Assembly: GCF_963921235.1 (NCBI RefSeq)
Contig: NC_086108.1
Span: 96,412,001-96,476,000, forward strand
DNA length: 64,000 bases
Direction: 5' to 3'
Source: Mobula hypostoma
Taxonomy: Eukaryota
In this document: piece after piece, positions 59,440 through 64,000 of the stretch
Layout: each line of letters begins with the position of its first letter
Numbering within the stretch: position 1 is the first letter of the stretch
Position numbers and translations under genes: made by a program
The notes under the pieces: model-generated
What the model was told of the DNA's origin: nothing
Seen by the model: the letters and a program-made list of their open reading frames with translations, nothing else
Database searches by the model: none

Positions 59440-60310
59440 AAACTATTGTACTGAAGTCCTTTTGCAATATATGAAATTATACCATCTGCATTCTTTTGCT
59501 TGTCCAATATACTTGCTGCCTTTAACCTCTATTGTGCCTCATGTTAACTTTGTTGATTTATGTACATGGACAGCTAGGTCCCTCTGAAAATCACCAACTT
59601 TTAAATCTTTCACAATTTAAAATGTACTTTGTATCTTTTCTCCATAGTGAATGACATTTTTTTTCATATTACATACCATCCTTACCCATTCACTTAACCT
59701 GTTTACCTCCCTCTGAAATTATGCAGTTTCGTATCACTAGCAAACTTGGAAATACTACATTTTATCCATACCACTTTGTCAAATTATTTATAGTTTGAAT
59801 AGCCTGATCCCAACTAGACTGCCTCAAAACTCAAAAATAACTGATTTGTTTTCTGTCCATTAACATTGGGGAGATTGCCTGTAGATTACTCCTAATACTG
59901 AGTTCTCTCATTTTGTTTAACAATTTCACATAGCCCCATATCAAAGCTCTTCTGTAGTTCCAAACACACCACACAAATTATTTCACGTTTCAATTCTGCT
60001 TCAAGCTCAAAATTTCTCAAAAATTACTTCCTTCATAATTCCAAGATACTCTGTCGCATCCTATCATCAGTTTGTTTAGTTTTATTTTAACAAAAGATTT
60101 TAGCATTTTCTCCATTAATGATGTCAAGCTAACTATTCAGCAGCTTCCTATTGTGTTTGTCTCTTTTCTGAGAGAGATTGCACTTGCTAGCTTCCAGTCT
60201 CTGGGGAACATTCCAGAATCAATGGAATTTTGGAAGATGAAACCAGAGTATCAACTATCTCCAAAACCATCTCTTTTGGCATGCCAGGAAGCATGCCATC
60301 AAGTCCCAGG
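59440..60310 (-). mobile_element. Ancient CR1-like RT relic
   Basis: Scattered similarity to the reverse complement of CR1 RT (CATTAATGATGTCAAGCTAACT, TTCCAGTCTCTGGGGAACATTCCAGAATC). Confidence 0.5.
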
Positions 60311-61147
60311 GATCGCCTTGAATAGAACATATTGAATGGAAAATAGAAGTGGATTTCGGAACTCAAAATGAACCTGTGTTCATTTGAAGCATTCTGAGTT
60401 TGAAATATTCAACCAGTTGAATTACTTAATGAAAACTCCATAGTGACAAACATTGCATTAAAAATTCTTACCGTAAAGGATGACTGATTCTTATTTGAAA
60501 GAAAAACACAAGGCATGCATACACGGCATAATTTAGTTTATATGTATTTGCTAGCTCAATATGTACTGTAGGGAGCTTCCTTTACTGAAATGGATTTGAC
60601 TTTGCCAACACAATTATGATACCTAATAAAAGAATTAATTATCCACGTCACATCTGAATGTCGTGACAGCAAAATTATTTTTAGTAGTATTTGTTTTATT
60701 AGACTGTAAAGAACACATACACATTTCAAATATCATTTGCTGGACAAGGTTATCTCTTAGTTAAATTTGTGAAATGAACCTCAAAACATTTTTAAACTGA
60801 TATCAGTAAAATCCAGTGTAACAAATATCTGCAGCTTTAAAATACATCCTATTGGCCTGATAATTAGAAGCTTAATTAGGCCCTCACAACAAAAAATGTC
60901 TCCTCCCTGAGAATGAGAAATTTGATGAGTTGCTCCCCAAGGTTTGCCTGTCCACTGTTGATGATAACCTAAGATTATCCAGTTCGATGTAAAAGTTCTC
61001 AATTTTAACTTTATGCCTATTTTCAGTAGCAAGGGAAACACTGGGAAGCTAATAGTTACTGAAAAGCCAAGTTTCTGAGTTGTCTTCAACTGTTGCATGC
61101 AATAGCATACCAATCTGTCTTTCAATATTTTATCGCGTACATGGCAT

Positions 61148-64000
61148 CTGAAAGGAGAATATAAGGTCCTGAAAGGAGAATATAGGTCCTGAAAGGAGAA
61201 TATAGGGAGCTAGGTCCTGAAAGGAGAATATAGGGAGCTAAGAAGGGAGTTGAGAAAAAGGACTGTAAAGGTAGTAATCTCGGGATTACTGCCTGTGCCA
61301 CGCGACAGTGAGAGTAGGAATGCGATGAGGTGGAGGATAAATGCGTGACTGAGGGATTGGAGCAGGAGGCAGGGATTCAAGTTTTTGGATCATTGGGACC
61401 TCTTTTGGCGCAGGTGTGACCTGTACAAAAAGGACGGGTTACACTTGAATCCTAGGGGGACCAATATCCTGGCAGGGAGATTAGCGAGGGCTACTGAGGT
61501 GACTTTAAACTAGAATGGTTGGGGGGTGGGAATCAAATTAAAGAGGCTAGGCGAGAGGAGGTTAGTTCACAACAGGGGGATGGGAACCAGTGCAGAGAGA
61601 CAGAGGGGTGTAAAGTGAGGGTAGAAGCAAAAAGTAGTAAGGAGAAAAGTAAAAGTGGCAGGCCGACAAATCCAGGGCAAGCATCAAAAAGGGCCACTTT
61701 TCAACATAATTGTATAAGGGCTAATAGAGTTGTAAAAGAGCGCTTGAAGGCTTTGTGTGTCAATGCATTCGTAACAAGGTGGATGAATTGAAAGTGCAGA
61801 TTGTTATTAATGATTATGATATAGTTGGGATCACAGAGACATGGCTCCAGGGTGACCAAGGATGGGAGCTCAACGTTCAGGGATATTCAATATTCAGGAG
61901 GGATAGACATGAAAGAAAAGGAGGTGAGGTGGCGTTGCTGGTTAAAGATGAGATTAACGCAATAGAAAGGAAGGACATAAGCCGGGAAGATGTGGAATCG
62001 ATATGGGTAGAGCTGCATAACACTAAGGGGCAGAAAACGCTGGTGGGAGTTGTGTACAGGCCACCTAACAGTAGTAGTGAGTAGTAGTAGTAGTCGGAGA
62101 TGGTATTAAACAGGAAATTAGAAATGTGTGCAATAAAGGAACAGCAGTTATAATGGGTGACTTCAATCTACATGTAGATTGGGTGAACCAAATTGGTAAA
62201 GGCGCTGAGGAAGAGGATTTCTTGGAATGTATGCGGGATGGTTTTTTGAACCAACGTGTCAAGGAACCAACTAGACAGCAGGCTATTCTAGACTGGGTTT
62301 TGAGCAATGAGGAAGGGTTAATTAGCAATCTTGTCGTGAGAGGCCCCTTGGGTAAGAGTGACCATAATATGGTGGAATTCTTCACTAAGATGGAGAGTGA
62401 CATAGTTAATTCAGAAACAAAGGTTCTGAACTTAAAGAGGGGTAACTTTGAAGGTATGAGTCGTGAATTAGCTAAGACAGACTGACAAATGACACTTAAA
62501 GAATTGACGGTGGATATGCAATGGCAAGCATTTAAAGATTGCATGGATGAACTACAACAATTGTTCATCCCAGTTTGGCAAAAGAATAAATCAAGGAAGG
62601 TAGTGCACCCGTGGCTGACAAGAGAAATTAGGGATAGTATCAATTCCAAAGAAGAAGCATACAAATTAGCCAGAAAAAGTGGCTCACCTGAGGACTGGGA
62701 GAAATTCAGAGTTCAGCAGAGGAGGACAAAGGGCTTAATTAGGAAGGGGAAAAAAGATTATGAGAGAAGACTGGCAGGGAACATAAAAACTAACTGTAAA
62801 AGCTTTTATAGATATGTAAAAAGGAAAAGACTGGTAAAGACAAATGTAGGTCCCCTACAGACAGAAACAGGTGAATTGATTATGGGGAGCAAGGACATGG
62901 CAGACCAATTGAATAATTACTTTGGTTCTGTCTTCACTAAGGAGGACATAAATAATCTTCCAGAAATAGTAGGGGACAGAGGGTCCAGTGAGATGGAGGA
63001 ACTGAGTGAAATACATGTTAGTAGGGAAGTGGTGTTAGGTAAATTGAAGGGATTAAAGGCAGATAAATCCCCAGGGCCAGATGGTCTGCATCCCAGAGTG
63101 CTTAAGGAAGTAGCCCAAGAAATAGTGGATGCATTAGTGATAATTTTTCAAAACTCGTTAGATTCTGGACTAGTTCCTGAGGATTGGAGGGTGGCTAATG
63201 TAACCTCACTTTTTAAAAAAGGAGGGAGAGAGAAACCGGGGAATTATAGACCGGTTAGCCTAACGTTGGTGGTGGGGAAACTGCTGGAGTCAGTTATCAG
63301 AGATGTGATAACAGCACATTTGGAAAGTGGTGAAATCATCGGACAAAGTCAGCATGGATTTGTGAAAGGAAAATCATGTCTGACGAATCTCATAGAATTT
63401 TTTGAGGATGTAACTAGTAGAGTGGATAGGGGAGAACCAGTGGATGTGGTATATTTGGATTTTCAAAAGGCTTTTGACAAGGTCCCACACAGGAGATTAG
63501 TGTGCAAACTTAAAGCACACGGTATTGGGGGTAAGGTATTGATGTGGATAGAGAATTGGTTAGCAGACCAGGAAGCAAAGAGTGGGAATAAACGGGACCT
63601 TTTCAGAATGGCAGGCAGTGACTAGTGGGGTACCGCAAGGCTCAGTGCTGGGACCCCAGTTGTTTACATTATATATTAATGACTTGGATGAGGGAATTAA
63701 AAGCAGCATCTCCAAGTTTGCGGATGACACGAAGCTGGGCAGCAGTGTTAGCTGTGAGGAGGATGCTGGGTGACTTGGATAGGTTGGGTGAGTGGGCAAA
63801 TTCATGGCAGATGCAATTTAATGTGGATAAATGTGAAGTTATCCACTTTGGTGGCAAAAATAGGAAAACAGATTATTATCTGAATGGTGGTCGATTAGGA
63901 AAAGGGGAGGTGCAACGAGACGTGGGTGTCATTATACACCAGTCATTGAAAGTGGGCATACAGGTACAGCAGGCGGTGAAAAAGGCAAATGGTATGCTGG
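61148..64000 (+). mobile_element. Comparatively young CR1 (ORF1 end, AP endonuclease, RT), running off the window, in a CDC7 intron
   Basis: [63 protein letters not shown]; few disablements. Confidence 0.95.

Overview
Vertebrate genomic DNA, repeat-dense. The repeat repertoire (many CR1 subfamilies, Neptune-type Penelope-like elements, V-SINE-like and Rex1-like elements) suggests a cartilaginous fish, probably a ray; this is inference. The only recognisable host gene is CDC7 kinase on the minus strand: penultimate coding exon 58511-58660, an 18.5-kb intron, and the last coding exon 39555-39964 with its 3' UTR. Earlier exons lie beyond the right edge. The rest is layered, often nested mobile DNA: CR1, Rex1-like and RTE LINEs, Penelope-like elements (PLE), tRNA-derived SINEs, Tigger/mariner/Tc1-type MITEs and a solo LTR. 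Most notable observations: (1) minimal hammerhead-ribozyme motifs in the PLE repeats, including ~100-130 bp ribozyme-headed insertions with their own target-site duplications (TSDs); (2) a 1.16-kb TG...CA fold-back element apparently built from LTR ends; (3) an AG|GTAAG acceptor-donor overlap at the CDC7 last exon, plus orphan exon-like segments downstream; (4) an RTE with a twin-priming-type 5' inversion and a four-level TE nest. Repeat-family names are from pattern recognition, not database searches, and boundaries without a TSD are approximate.
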